Origin: a virus
Taxonomy: Duplodnaviria; Caudoviricetes
Virus record (IMG/VR): IMGVR_UViG_3300033076_001468
Coordinates: 1 to 34,634 of that record
DNA length: 34,634 bases
Strand: one strand, 5' to 3'
Part shown: one piece after another, positions 25,229 through 34,471 of the stretch
Numbering within the stretch: position 1 is the stretch's first letter
Layout of the letters: each line of letters begins with the position of its first letter
The notes under the pieces: model-generated
What the model saw: the letters and a program-made list of their open reading frames with translations, nothing else
Database searches by the model: none
What the model was told of the DNA's origin: nothing
Made by a program: the position numbers and the translations under genes

Positions 25229-25235
25229 TTTTTAG

Positions 25236-25264
25236 TTGATATGTGAGTAAAATTTTAATATGGT
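25236..25264 (+). promoter_or_regulatory. Sigma-70-like promoter
   Basis: TTGATA, 17 bp, TATGGT in the intergenic gap. Confidence 0.4.
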
Positions 25265-25304
25265 GAAATTGTTCTCAAAATCCTAAAAAAAAAGGTAATT
25301 TACG

Positions 25305-25562
25305 ATGCAAAAGGCAGTTCAGGCGTTTGAAAGTGCTTGTCAAAAAGCAAAAATTTTTGTCGAAAATGATATGCCAATCGGAAGCTTTCATGATTTTCTC
25401 ATGGAGATCAAAAGCTTGATGGTGGAAAGAATGGTTGAAGCTCACAAGAAGCAGGTAGCCGAGGCGGAAGCGGCAAAAGATCTACCGAAACATGAGAGCG
25501 AAGCTCCTATCCCACCAGAAGATAAACCTTCCTGTTGCTCTGAGGAAAAACAAAATGGCTAA
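25305..25562 (+). CDS. Hypothetical protein
   Basis: 85-aa ORF with AAGG RBS. Confidence 0.65.
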   Translation: MQKAVQAFESACQKAKIFVENDMPIGSFHDFLMEIKSLMVERMVEAHKKQVAEAEAAKDLPKHESEAPIPPEDKPSCCSEEKQNG

Positions 25563-25896
25563 TGGCTTATCAAAAGCATCTTTTGAGTCATTGAAAACAT
25601 TAGCTTTCGGAGGTATCTCTGGAAGCTATGCTGCTGTTGGAAGCGCAACGACTCACTATGTGCGTGCATTCTGCATCACAAATAACACACAAGGGGACAT
25701 GATCTTCTCTTTGGATAATACGGTGAGTGCAGGGCAAATGTTTGTTGCTAAAGGATCATACAAGCTTTATGACGTTCAAGCAAACATGAATACACAATTC
25801 GATGACAAATATGTTCTTCCCATCGGCACAATATTTTACGTTAAACAAAGCACAGCTCCTGTTTCGGGGGATGTTTACGTAGAGTGTTTGTGTTAA
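25555..25896 (+). CDS. Putative small virion structural protein (start moved to ATG 25555)
   Basis: GAGGA RBS; beta-rich, LAFGGISGSYAAVG. Confidence 0.7.
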   Translation: MANGLSKASFESLKTLAFGGISGSYAAVGSATTHYVRAFCITNNTQGDMIFSLDNTVSAGQMFVAKGSYKLYDVQANMNTQFDDKYVLPIGTIFYVKQSTAPVSGDVYVECLC

Positions 25897-25897
25897 T

Positions 25898-26557
25898 ATG
25901 CTGAACAGAAATGATCTTATAAAAAAGTTCGAGCTGACCACACAGCAAGAGATCATTAATCATCGTAATTCTCTCAATACTGTTCTCAAAGAGCTTCGTG
26001 ATATAAGTAAACGTCTCGATGATCTAGAGAAAATCGTTGATGTGAATCAAGCAAAAAATGATTCGGACTTACAGAAATGCAAGTCGAATTTCAACGTTCT
26101 TTTCGGCATCACAGATGAAACAGATAAAAATCTGAAAAAACATATCTCCGATCAAGATATTCAAAATACAAAAACAAGAAATATTTTGAATGTTTATGAT
26201 TCACGCGTTGAAAATCTCCAAAAAAATCATTCCGATCTAAACTCAAAAATTTCTTTTACACAATCTCTTTTTGATAATCATAAGAGCGATATGGAAGCAA
26301 AATGCAGCTACATTCAGCAGTCTTCGATTTCTCAAAGTGTGAGTTTGATGGATCTTATCGACAAGGCAAAACAGGAAATTCTAAATTATCCAAGCGAAGC
26401 ATTGAAGGTAAAGAGCGAGCTTGAGGATAAAATAGGTTCGCACGCTGTAGATGTGTTGGGGCTTTTGAAAGAAATTCGCCTAAACGGAAAAGAACTGCAA
26501 TATATTCAAAAGCAGATTGAGAATATTTACACTCTTTTAGGACGCATAAAAAAATGA
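25898..26557 (+). CDS. Coiled-coil protein
   Basis: Heptad-rich 219 aa; coupled to the next gene. Confidence 0.7.
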   Translation: MLNRNDLIKKFELTTQQEIINHRNSLNTVLKELRDISKRLDDLEKIVDVNQAKNDSDLQKCKSNFNVLFGITDETDKNLKKHISDQDIQNTKTRNILNVYDSRVENLQKNHSDLNSKISFTQSLFDNHKSDMEAKCSYIQQSSISQSVSLMDLIDKAKQEILNYPSEALKVKSELEDKIGSHAVDVLGLLKEIRLNGKELQYIQKQIENIYTLLGRIKK

Positions 26558-28647
26558 GCCAACTTGCAATCATTGATATTACTGGAACTTATCCTGTCAT
26601 TCCCACGCAGTTTGATGCAGACTCGGGCTTTGCGATTCCAATACTAAACGTCCTTGAGATTCTTGGGGAAACAGTTGTCGCAGGGACGACACCTGTCCAA
26701 ACTGTCGGCTCAGGAAACACCATTACGACGCAAATACAGATTTCTCAAGCTATTGCTGCAGCAGATGCGACAAAAATCGGCCTATCGGCATTTGATTCAG
26801 CAGCGTTTTCTGTAGATGCTAGTGGTTTTGTGACGCTGATGGGTGGAGGAGTAGCTGCGACAAACATCGATGTAGATGCACATACAGTGCCAGGCACTGA
26901 CCCAGTCGTCCCCAATGGCTCAGGAAACATCACAATTACAGGAGCTCAAGTAGCTACAGGGACAATAGGGACAAATGTCATTCGTACAAATTCGTTAGCT
27001 GCCAATAGTCTGACGATCGAAATTCAGAGATCGACCGCAGTAGCCGCAACGGATGCTACAAAAAATGGTGTTGTTCACTTTGATTCTTCGGCTTTTTCCG
27101 TAGATGCCAACGGATTCGTAACACTATCTGGCGGATCTGGCCCAGCAGTTGATTCCTTTGCTCCAAATTCTGGAACAAACCCTGTGGTTCCAACGGCTGC
27201 GGGTTTAGTAAACCTTGTAGGAACAGGTAGCTTAACGGTTGTAGGCTCTCTTAATACCTTAACCGCGCAACTTACAGGCCTCACAGCCAACGCAGTCCTA
27301 TATGGTCAAGGAACGGCAACGATTGGTTTGCTGGCTTCTGGAACTACAGGACAAGTTTTGCAGACAAATACAGGAGCTGCGCCAACCTATTCTACCGCGA
27401 CATATCCATCGACAGCGACAGGCACAGGAACAATTATGCGTGCCGACGGAACCAATTGGGTTGCTACAACGGCTACTTATCCAGCAACAACTACAATTAA
27501 CCAGCTTCTTTATTCGTCTTCTGCGAATGTTATCTCGGGTCTTGCTACCGCTAATAATGCCGTATTAACAACAGGGGCAACTGGTATACCGCAAGCAACA
27601 GCTCTCTCGGCAAATGGACAGCTTATTATCGGTTCAGGATCTGGAGCGCCTATCGCAGCAACTTTAACCGCTGGAACAGGAATTTCAATTACTAACGCTG
27701 CTAATAGCATTACTGTGGCTGTAACAGGCTCGGGAGTTGGTCAAACGATTACAGGCGACTCTGGTGGAGCGCTTTCTCCAACTGCTGGAAATTGGAATAT
27801 TGTCGGCTCTGGAAGTATAGCAACATCTGGTTCTGTGAGTACACTCACCGTTGCTTTAACAGGTCTTACAAACCATGCTCTTCTTGTTGGAGCGGGTACA
27901 TCGACAATAACAAAAGTCGGGCCTTCTGCAACAACAGGTCAGGTTCTCCAATCTCAGGGTGCAGCAGCTGACCCAGCTTTTTCAACTGCAACATATCCTG
28001 CAACGGCAACAGGAACAGGAACGATCCTAAGAGCAGATGGAACAAATTGGGTTGCAACTACAGCGACATACCCAAACACGACCACAATAAATCAGTTGCT
28101 TTATTCGTCTTCTGCAAACGTCATCGCTGGAGTAACAAATGTCGCCAGGGCATTGCTTACAACCGACAGTAGTGGAATCCCTACATGGCGTGCTTTGACA
28201 GATGGTCAATTTGTTATTGGGTCTTCTTCTAGCCAACCAATCGCAGCTAATATCACAGCAGGCACAGGAATCAGCGTCACCAACGGAGCAAACTCGATCA
28301 CTATAGCATCGACTCTAGGCGGTTTCTCCTGGACAGATGTGACGGGAGCATCCCAAGCGATTTCTGTTCAAAATGGCTACATTACTGATCGTGGTGGAGG
28401 GGTTTCATATTCCCTTCCAACAACCGCAGCAATTGGTGATACTTTTATTATAATGGGTAAATTGGGAATCACAACTATTACTCAGGCTGCAAGTCAGCAA
28501 ATTTTAATAGGTTCTGGTTCTAGTACTGTAGGAGCAACAGGGACATGCGTGGGTAATAATGTAGGAGATTGCATTACTCTTGTTTGTATTACAGCAAATA
28601 ATATATTTAGAGCCTCGTCCGTTATTGGAACGTGGACACTTTCTTGA
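26554..28647 (+). CDS. Tail fibre protein with duplicated modules
   Basis: Thr/Gly/Ala-rich; duplicated DATK...FDS.AFSVDA.GFVTL and GQVLQ...STATYP.TATGTGTI.RADGTNWVATTATYP.TTTINQLLYSSSANVI; TAGTGIS.TN fibre motifs. Confidence 0.8.
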   Translation: MSQLAIIDITGTYPVIPTQFDADSGFAIPILNVLEILGETVVAGTTPVQTVGSGNTITTQIQISQAIAAADATKIGLSAFDSAAFSVDASGFVTLMGGGVAATNIDVDAHTVPGTDPVVPNGSGNITITGAQVATGTIGTNVIRTNSLAANSLTIEIQRSTAVAATDATKNGVVHFDSSAFSVDANGFVTLSGGSGPAVDSFAPNSGTNPVVPTAAGLVNLVGTGSLTVVGSLNTLTAQLTGLTANAVLYGQGTATIGLLASGTTGQVLQTNTGAAPTYSTATYPSTATGTGTIMRADGTNWVATTATYPATTTINQLLYSSSANVISGLATANNAVLTTGATGIPQATALSANGQLIIGSGSGAPIAATLTAGTGISITNAANSITVAVTGSGVGQTITGDSGGALSPTAGNWNIVGSGSIATSGSVSTLTVALTGLTNHALLVGAGTSTITKVGPSATTGQVLQSQGAAADPAFSTATYPATATGTGTILRADGTNWVATTATYPNTTTINQLLYSSSANVIAGVTNVARALLTTDSSGIPTWRALTDGQFVIGSSSSQPIAANITAGTGISVTNGANSITIASTLGGFSWTDVTGASQAISVQNGYITDRGGGVSYSLPTTAAIGDTFIIMGKLGITTITQAASQQILIGSGSSTVGATGTCVGNNVGDCITLVCITANNIFRASSVIGTWTLS

Positions 28648-28659
28648 GGATAAAAAATA

Positions 28660-29553
28660 ATGCCAACAGCAGCAAACAGTATAAACGAAGCGACAACAGG
28701 AATCTGCGGATTCAACGGTACATCTTTCACAGCAACAGCCGCCACTCAATACAATGTACAGGTTGGAGGCGCAACGACTAGCACATTAGCTAGCGTGGCT
28801 CCATCAGCAACCGTTGGTGTGCCCTTGGTATCAGCGGGTGCGGCTGTTAATCCAGCGTTCGGTACAGCGGTCGTAGCGGGAGGAGGAACGGGCGCTACAT
28901 CGTTTACAGCTTACGCGGTCACGTGTGGAGGAACAACATCAACAGGGGCTTTACAAAGCATAGCTGGCGTAGGAACTTCGGGACAGGTTCTTACATCGAA
29001 TGGAGCGGGTGCTCTTCCTACATTCCAAACAGCAGCGGGAGGCGGAGCTATGGAACTAATTTCAACGGGAACAGCCTCTAGTAGCGCAACGATCGACTTT
29101 ACAGGACTGTCTAGCACCTATTTTGCATATGTTGTGTATATGTCAAACGTTGTCCCCGTGACAAACAGCGTAAACTTCATTATGAGAACCTCTACAAACA
29201 ACGGATCCTCCTATGACTCGGGAGCTTCTGATTATAAATATGTTGGATCAAGAACATCGTATTCTTCAGGGCCAACACCATCTATAACTGGATCTGCTGC
29301 AGATTCTTCTATCGAAATCTATCCAACAATGAGCAATACTTCTACAGATGCAGGATCTTTTTGCTTAACGATTTATAATCCGTCACTTGCAAATACAGGA
29401 AGGATATCCTGGGAAGGTACAGCATCTACCTCTGATAGATATGGGTCTGGAATAAGAAACACAGCAGCTGACATCGACGCCATCAGATTCCTGATGTCTT
29501 CGGGAAATATCTCGACAGGAACCTTCAAACTTTATGGAATCAAGGCAGCTTAA
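28660..29553 (+). CDS. Tail fibre/receptor-binding protein
   Basis: GGTGATSFT, GTSGQVLTSNGAGALPTFQ fibre motifs; C-terminal domain ELISTGTASSSATIDF...AIRFLMSSGNISTGTFKLYGI. Confidence 0.8.
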   Translation: MPTAANSINEATTGICGFNGTSFTATAATQYNVQVGGATTSTLASVAPSATVGVPLVSAGAAVNPAFGTAVVAGGGTGATSFTAYAVTCGGTTSTGALQSIAGVGTSGQVLTSNGAGALPTFQTAAGGGAMELISTGTASSSATIDFTGLSSTYFAYVVYMSNVVPVTNSVNFIMRTSTNNGSSYDSGASDYKYVGSRTSYSSGPTPSITGSAADSSIEIYPTMSNTSTDAGSFCLTIYNPSLANTGRISWEGTASTSDRYGSGIRNTAADIDAIRFLMSSGNISTGTFKLYGIKAA

Positions 29554-29564
29554 GGAGAGAAAAA

Positions 29565-29783
29565 ATGGACGAACCCACACACAGAATTGTTAACGGAATG
29601 CGCGTTGAACTCACCAAAGACGAGTGCATCTCGATTAAAAAAGATTGGGAAGAAAATATGGTCAAGGCAAACGAAGAACAGGAAAAGATTCGTCTTGAAG
29701 AACAAAAAAATCAACAGATTCGAGAATCTATGGCCAAACTTTTAGGAGTATCCGTAGAAGATATCAATAAAGCTCTATTTTGA
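29565..29783 (+). CDS. Small fibre-associated/chaperone-like protein
   Basis: AAGGAG RBS; IVNG.RVELT..E and KLLGVS..DI..L pattern common after fibre genes. Confidence 0.6.
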   Translation: MDEPTHRIVNGMRVELTKDECISIKKDWEENMVKANEEQEKIRLEEQKNQQIRESMAKLLGVSVEDINKALF

Positions 29784-29972
29784 GTCAGAAGGCGTAATAT
29801 CGATCTTCATTCCCGTCTCGGCTTCGATCATCTCCTCGATCTTCACTTCGATGATATTATTATCTCCCAGGATTAAGATAGACGCATAAGCCATCAAAAT
29901 CCCAATAGCAATAATCAGCAAAAAGAACCATTTTATTTTAAGAGCGCTCTCGATGATTTCTTGCGGTATCAT
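29775..29972 (-). CDS. Single-TM membrane protein
   Basis: WFFLLIIAIGILMAYASILILG followed by acidic DNNIIE...ETGMKIDITP. Confidence 0.7.
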   Translation of the reverse strand: MIPQEIIESALKIKWFFLLIIAIGILMAYASILILGDNNIIEVKIEEMIEAETGMKIDITPSDSK

Positions 29973-30130
29973 ATCGCCTTTGGGACTTCAACAGATGGAG
30001 AAGCGGTTTGATTTTCGTTCTCGTCTACCATATCTGTAGCGCTTCCTTCTGTATGCATCATGTTAATGCTATAGTTCAGATTGCATCCCGTAAACATTAG
30101 CATGGCTGCGACAAAAACAAACTTTTTCAT
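29969..30130 (-). CDS. Small lipoprotein
   Basis: MKKFVFVAAMLMFTG-C lipobox; AAGGAG RBS before ATG 30130. Confidence 0.7.
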   Translation of the reverse strand: MKKFVFVAAMLMFTGCNLNYSINMMHTEGSATDMVDENENQTASPSVEVPKAI

Positions 30131-30164
30131 AAAGTTCTCCTTTTTCCCAACCATGCGACTTCAA

Positions 30165-31034
30165 TTATTTTTTATCAATAAAAATTGTCCAGGATTCGGA
30201 AGGACTGCCACGATATTCTTCGAGATTAACAGACTTTAGCTCGGGTATGTCATCATAGCACACTCTGCCTCGTACTACTTTCTTCATGACCTTAACCCCC
30301 CCACCGATCGAACTTTCCCCTTGGCACATCTCGATCAGCTTCTTACGATGCGTTTCCTTCAAAGCCTCGAGCTTCTTGATCTGTTCGCAAACATTGCGAT
30401 ATTCTTCCGCTATGTCAGAAAATATGACATTATCGATCTCTCGATAGTCTTTGTTCGTCATAGGAGGAGCATCGAAGAATATGATGCGATCCCAAAACTT
30501 TTTCGCCTCTGGAATATATTTCTCAAAGAAGCTTTGATCTGGCAATACTTCAATAATCTTAAGATCCCCGTTATTATATGAGAGATAATAGGCTTTCTCC
30601 ACCTGTCCATCTGTGCAAAGAAGTTGATGCTGAATCTGCATCATGTGAAACTCTGGTAAACTTCCATCTTCCAAGCCAAAATGGTACTGCGCTCCGTTAG
30701 ACTTGATCTCGATGATATATTTCCCGCAAGAGCTAATGCCATCTAGAGAAGCAGCCAAGAAAGGAAATCTTCCACTGGTGATGCAGCAAGGGTGGAAATC
30801 TATGCCTGTCTTTTCGACAAACATCTTCCTAACGATAGGCTCATCAGCATGACCTCTAAGCATTGCTGAATTAACCGCCTGCTCTTGAGCCAAACCGAGT
30901 TTTCTTTGCCAACCTTTATAAGGAGTACAATAGGGCGATGCACCCAAAAGCATGGGCGCATCTGTTGCGGTAAGATGAGTTTTCCTCCAATCGAGCCACT
31001 CTTGAGAACCTTGATCTAAATCGACAATCTTCAT
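30165..31034 (-). CDS. YqaJ-like (lambda exo family) recombination exonuclease
   Basis: QGSQEWLDWRK..LTATD, RGH..EP, LAASLDG...IEIK, Q.QHQL. Confidence 0.93.
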   Translation of the reverse strand: MKIVDLDQGSQEWLDWRKTHLTATDAPMLLGASPYCTPYKGWQRKLGLAQEQAVNSAMLRGHADEPIVRKMFVEKTGIDFHPCCITSGRFPFLAASLDGISSCGKYIIEIKSNGAQYHFGLEDGSLPEFHMMQIQHQLLCTDGQVEKAYYLSYNNGDLKIIEVLPDQSFFEKYIPEAKKFWDRIIFFDAPPMTNKDYREIDNVIFSDIAEEYRNVCEQIKKLEALKETHRKKLIEMCQGESSIGGGVKVMKKVVRGRVCYDDIPELKSVNLEEYRGSPSESWTIFIDKK

Positions 31035-31663
31035 GATATTTTTACCTGTTCAATGGATTTAACTGCGCCTTCAAAAGCTGCATACACCTTCGTAAAAGAA
31101 TCTTCCAGAACATCTTCTACCCTTGAGAATCCAATCTTCTTAAGCCAAGCATGCACTTTAACTCGAACCTCTTCTGTAAACTTGGCATCAAGGCTCTTAA
31201 GAATAGATACCTCTTCTAGACTTATTTTCTTCTTAGGCTTAGAAGGTTCTTCTTCTTTCTGCTTACCTCTTCCCATGGCTGTCTCTGCGTCATCATCATG
31301 ATCATCATCAGCTACAACGCCGATCATCGCTGATAAAGAATAACGTTTGGCATATGTCACGGCAGAACCTAAAGCTTGGGGAAGATCCAGATTTTTACCC
31401 ATGATGGGATAGTAACTCTTGATCCACTGGCCAGAAATGTGCGCAAGCATCGTAACCAAATACAGCTTGTCATTCATGGTTTCGCAAAACTGCATCACAG
31501 ATAAGCCATTTTCACACAAGGGCTGACGGCATGCTTCCATGACTGACAAAAAATCAGCGTATCTCGTCAAATGACTCTTCTTGTTAAACTTCGCTGGCTG
31601 AATAGCATTTTGCGCCTTCGCCAACGCTGCCACCAACTCTTTAATATCTTCTGTTTGATTCAT
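31031..31663 (-). CDS. erf: ERF-family single-strand annealing protein
   Basis: LVAALAKAQ...YADF, H.SGQWI, QALGSAVTYAKRYSLSAMIGV..DDD; start at ATG 31663. Confidence 0.92.
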   Translation of the reverse strand: MNQTEDIKELVAALAKAQNAIQPAKFNKKSHLTRYADFLSVMEACRQPLCENGLSVMQFCETMNDKLYLVTMLAHISGQWIKSYYPIMGKNLDLPQALGSAVTYAKRYSLSAMIGVVADDDHDDDAETAMGRGKQKEEEPSKPKKKISLEEVSILKSLDAKFTEEVRVKVHAWLKKIGFSRVEDVLEDSFTKVYAAFEGAVKSIEQVKIS

Positions 31664-31677
31664 AATCTGTTCTCCTA

Positions 31678-31860
31678 TTACCAAGTTAAACCTAAACACC
31701 ACATGCAGTTGCCACATTCGCAACGCACTCTACTTACCCTTATCTCTTCCTCATCACAAAAATCAAAGAACTGATCTTCATCAAAAGGTTCACACAAGAC
31801 ACCATGCATTTCATCAAGCTCCTTCCTGCTGAATTGCTGCCAATATGTTGTTACCGCCAC
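31678..31860 (-). CDS. Small Cys-containing early protein (GTG start)
   Basis: AAGGAGG RBS before GTG 31860; C-terminal CECGNCMWC. Confidence 0.6.
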   Translation of the reverse strand: MAVTTYWQQFSRKELDEMHGVLCEPFDEDQFFDFCDEEEIRVSRVRCECGNCMWCLGLTW

Positions 31861-31906
31861 AAAATCCTCCTTGTTGACGACAATCTTTTTGTTGTTTATA
31901 CTCAGC

Positions 31907-31936
31907 ATAATATCAGTCGACAAGCATTTATGTCAA
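31907..31936 (-). promoter_or_regulatory. Leftward early promoter
   Basis: TTGACA, 18 bp, TATTAT with extended TG on the minus strand, divergent from the Cro-like gene. Confidence 0.6.
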
Positions 31937-31975
31937 TCGACTTTTATTTTTGTTTAACAGAAAGGATATTTACAA

Positions 31976-32182
31976 ATGCAAACCAAGCTAAAGAAGTACT
32001 TACAACACAATGGGATAACTAGCAAGTGGCTCGCGGAGAAGATTGGTACGACGCCCACGAACATGAGCAGTATTGCTAATGGAAAGAGCACTCCAACGAT
32101 CAGGTTAGCTCATGAAATAGAGAAGCATACAAGGGGAAATGTGACCTTATATGATTGGGTGAAGCCAGAATGGGATAAATAA
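31976..32182 (+). CDS. Cro/XRE-family HTH regulator
   Basis: LKKYL...IT..WLAEKIGTT...MSSIANGKSTPTIRLA.EIEK.T.G.V...DW. Confidence 0.88.
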   Translation: MQTKLKKYLQHNGITSKWLAEKIGTTPTNMSSIANGKSTPTIRLAHEIEKHTRGNVTLYDWVKPEWDK

Positions 32183-32213
32183 AATTATTTACATTTATTG
32201 AGGAAAGAATTAT

Positions 32214-32248
32214 CAAAACTGGGCATTAGGATTGCCGTCCTAACACCC
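32214..32248 (-). terminator. Minus-strand hairpin/terminator
   Basis: GGGUGUUAGGA-CGGCAA-UCCUAAUGCCC (G-U pairs close only on the minus strand) followed by AGUUUUG. Confidence 0.5.
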
Positions 32249-32317
32249 GATATAGAACGAAACAACGCTACGATTCTATATCGCATAAACGTAAAAAGTC
32301 CACTATTAAAGGAGTTT

Positions 32318-32605
32318 ATGCTAGGTTATGAATCTTTCCCCCCAGCACCTTTGTTTAAAAAAGTGCTCCTCCACTACCCCAAAGCCTCACTTATGTTTGT
32401 CGATCTTTATAAAGTTTCCGACAAAGAAGGCGGCTTAAAGTTCAACATTCCAAAATCATCCATCAAAAGAGACTTCAAAGTTTCAAACACAATCTTCAGA
32501 AACAACCTTCTTTCGTATTCGCGACTAGAATTACTCTCATTCGATGAGACACCAGAGTTCTTTATCGTCGACATGCGCAAAAGAGGGCTGATCAATGACT
32601 GTTGA
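32318..32605 (+). CDS. Hypothetical, possibly winged-helix protein (start moved to ATG 32318)
   Basis: AAGGAG RBS; IKRDFKVSNTIFRNNL....RLELL helix pattern. Confidence 0.6.
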   Translation: MLGYESFPPAPLFKKVLLHYPKASLMFVDLYKVSDKEGGLKFNIPKSSIKRDFKVSNTIFRNNLLSYSRLELLSFDETPEFFIVDMRKRGLINDC

Positions 32606-32891
32606 AGACCAGCTTATCTGCGATGAATGCCACAGCAATATAGAATCTCTTGGCGAACCGTGCCTAGACATGATCTATATGATTTGCCATCACACAAAGC
32701 TTAAACACCTTGTCTTATATGATGACAGAAAAAGCGAGCGCTGGGTCAGAACCACAGCTCAATTCTTAGAGAAAAAAGGCTACCTAATCTCTACGGATAG
32801 AAAAGAAGAAATCATCGTAAGGCCCTCACCACATTCCTGGAACGAATCTAAACAGTTTTACTGCTGGTGCAAGGGTGAAATTAGATTGTAA
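32595..32891 (+). CDS. Hypothetical Cys-containing, possibly wHTH protein
   Basis: ICDEC...FLEKKGYLIS...YCWC; overlaps the previous gene. Confidence 0.65.
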   Translation: MTVEDQLICDECHSNIESLGEPCLDMIYMICHHTKLKHLVLYDDRKSERWVRTTAQFLEKKGYLISTDRKEEIIVRPSPHSWNESKQFYCWCKGEIRL

Positions 32892-32918
32892 ACAGATTAC
32901 TGCCCGTGATATCTTAAC

Positions 32919-33010
32919 AAAAAAAAGCACTCCGATGGGTAGTCAGAGTGCTTTAGACTTGTTGGACCAGAATAGGAAAAAAACCAGACACAACAACAAC
33001 TTTGAGTTGT
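32919..33010 (-). ncRNA. Predicted ~90-nt antisense RNA over the initiator leader
   Basis: Minus-strand TTGCGT (33044-33039), 17 bp, TAGAAT (33021-33016), and minus-strand terminator AAAGCACUCUGA-7nt-UCGGAGUGCUUU+U5 (32954-32919). Confidence 0.55.
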
Positions 33011-33061
33011 CTCCTATTCTAGCTCAACAAGTTATTAAACGCAATAACTTTGGAGCTACCA

Positions 33062-34042
33062 ATGTCTGAAAGATTCATAAAATTCATCCCATCCGAAGAA
33101 GCATTCTGGTTAATGCAGAAAAAACCTAACGCTTTTTATCTACTAACGCACATAGCAAATACCGCCAGACGATACGAAGGTCACCCCGATGGATTGTCTG
33201 TTGGCCAATGTCATCTAAAATCAGCAGAAAAATACGGTTTTACAATCGGGCAATATCGCGCCGCGAAAAACATTCTCGTGAAAAGAAAACATATCGAAAT
33301 CACCGAGACTAACAGAAATCGCAAAAAGTCGACCACTGGAACGACAACTGTTTCAACACTAGTTCGCCTTTGTAGTTCAACTGTTTATGACATAAACCAA
33401 GAATCGAACGACAACCGAAACGACAACCGAACGACAACTGAACGACAACAAACAAGAAAGAATAAGAAAGAAAAAGAAGATCTCTCTCCCTACCCTCTCT
33501 CTTTCGATCCAGCTTCGCAGGATCAAAAGATTTCGGGCAGTCCGATCGATCAGGGTGAGAGATCTTTTTCAGCAAATAAACAAAAAAAACCTGGGGAAAA
33601 CCCTCTGATACACATCTATGAGCACGTCTACATGACCGAGGATATGCTCAACGAGTGCATTTCGATACGCGGCTCTAGGGAAGATGTCGACAAAGCCGTG
33701 GAACTCATCTCGAGAAAAGCCAAGTACAGCATCAAGGACTGGCCTAGCGCATTGCGGACGTGGAAGGTCGATGACAGCGTTCAGACGAACTCGCAGAGAA
33801 ACACCGATCTCGCGGAGAAGCTGATCAAGCGCTATGAAAACTACTCCGACGGCAATGGTTATCGCTGCAGGCATTACCGAGACAGGGTCAAAGACCAGAT
33901 TGGGGTGCTTTTTGAGGCCGATTCGCCTTACGTTGCTCCGACATTTTTTGCTCTGAGCGATGGCAGGTTTTACGAGAAGGTTACGCAGTTTCAATCCGTC
34001 AAAAAAATGTCAAAAGGTTCAACAGCGGCTAAAAAGGGTTGA
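33062..34042 (+). CDS. Replication initiator (lambda O-like organisation)
   Basis: FIKFIP...NAFYLLTHIA N-terminal wHTH, low-complexity linker encoded by iterons, IKDWPSALRTW C-terminal motif; GGAG RBS before ATG 33062. Confidence 0.75.
   Translation: MSERFIKFIPSEEAFWLMQKKPNAFYLLTHIANTARRYEGHPDGLSVGQCHLKSAEKYGFTIGQYRAAKNILVKRKHIEITETNRNRKKSTTGTTTVSTLVRLCSSTVYDINQESNDNRNDNRTTTERQQTRKNKKEKEDLSPYPLSFDPASQDQKISGSPIDQGERSFSANKQKKPGENPLIHIYEHVYMTEDMLNECISIRGSREDVDKAVELISRKAKYSIKDWPSALRTWKVDDSVQTNSQRNTDLAEKLIKRYENYSDGNGYRCRHYRDRVKDQIGVLFEADSPYVAPTFFALSDGRFYEKVTQFQSVKKMSKGSTAAKKG
33340..33480 (+). repeat. Iterons and A-rich tract (putative phage ori) inside the initiator gene
   Basis: AACGACAAC at 33340, 33407, 33419, 33430 and 33441, followed by purine-rich AAACAAGAAAGAATAAGAAAGAAAAAGAAGA. 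Confidence 0.75.
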
Positions 34043-34092
34043 AGAAAATTTTTGCAAGGGGTAAATATGCCCAACAAAACCAAGGAGTTTTT

Positions 34093-34413
34093 ATGACAAA
34101 AATTGAGTTTGTTTCTCATGATGAATTTCCCGAGGATGAGTACACAAAAGAGCTTGTGTACCTATCTCTGGATGGGAAATACCGCGTTGCATACATCCGA
34201 AAAAAAATGCAAAACGGAGGTATGTTTTGGAGTGTTGCAAGCATTGGCGCGACAAGGCACGGAAAGAAAGAGTTTTTTCCAGCGTTTCTCCAGGACTCGA
34301 ACTTTTTGGAAAAGGACATCAAGGACTTTTTGGAAAAGCGAAAGTGGGAAACGAGTGTGCATAAACCGACATCGATGAGCGAGGTGGCTGAACAAAGCGA
34401 CCTACCCTTTTGA
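34093..34413 (+). CDS. SpoVG/PC4-like putative ssDNA-binding protein with SSB-like DLPF tail
   Basis: AAGGAG RBS; RKKMQNGGMFW...GKKEFFPAF beta hairpins; acidic C-terminus EQSDLPF. Confidence 0.6.
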   Translation: MTKIEFVSHDEFPEDEYTKELVYLSLDGKYRVAYIRKKMQNGGMFWSVASIGATRHGKKEFFPAFLQDSNFLEKDIKDFLEKRKWETSVHKPTSMSEVAEQSDLPF

Positions 34414-34471
34414 ACATGCCGAAATTTCGCATTTTAAGGCACCAAGGTCAAAAGATCTCGGGGGGGTCTGT

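Noticed and set aside
23459-29553. Diversity-generating retroelement acting on the fibre genes
   Set aside because: No reverse transcriptase in the genome; the duplicated blocks are in-frame coding repeats with mostly synonymous, non-adenine-specific differences.
32875-33069. 64-aa ORF before the initiator
   Set aside because: It spans promoter and terminator-like elements, has no convincing RBS and no recognisable motif; treated as a non-coding leader, though a leader peptide cannot be excluded.
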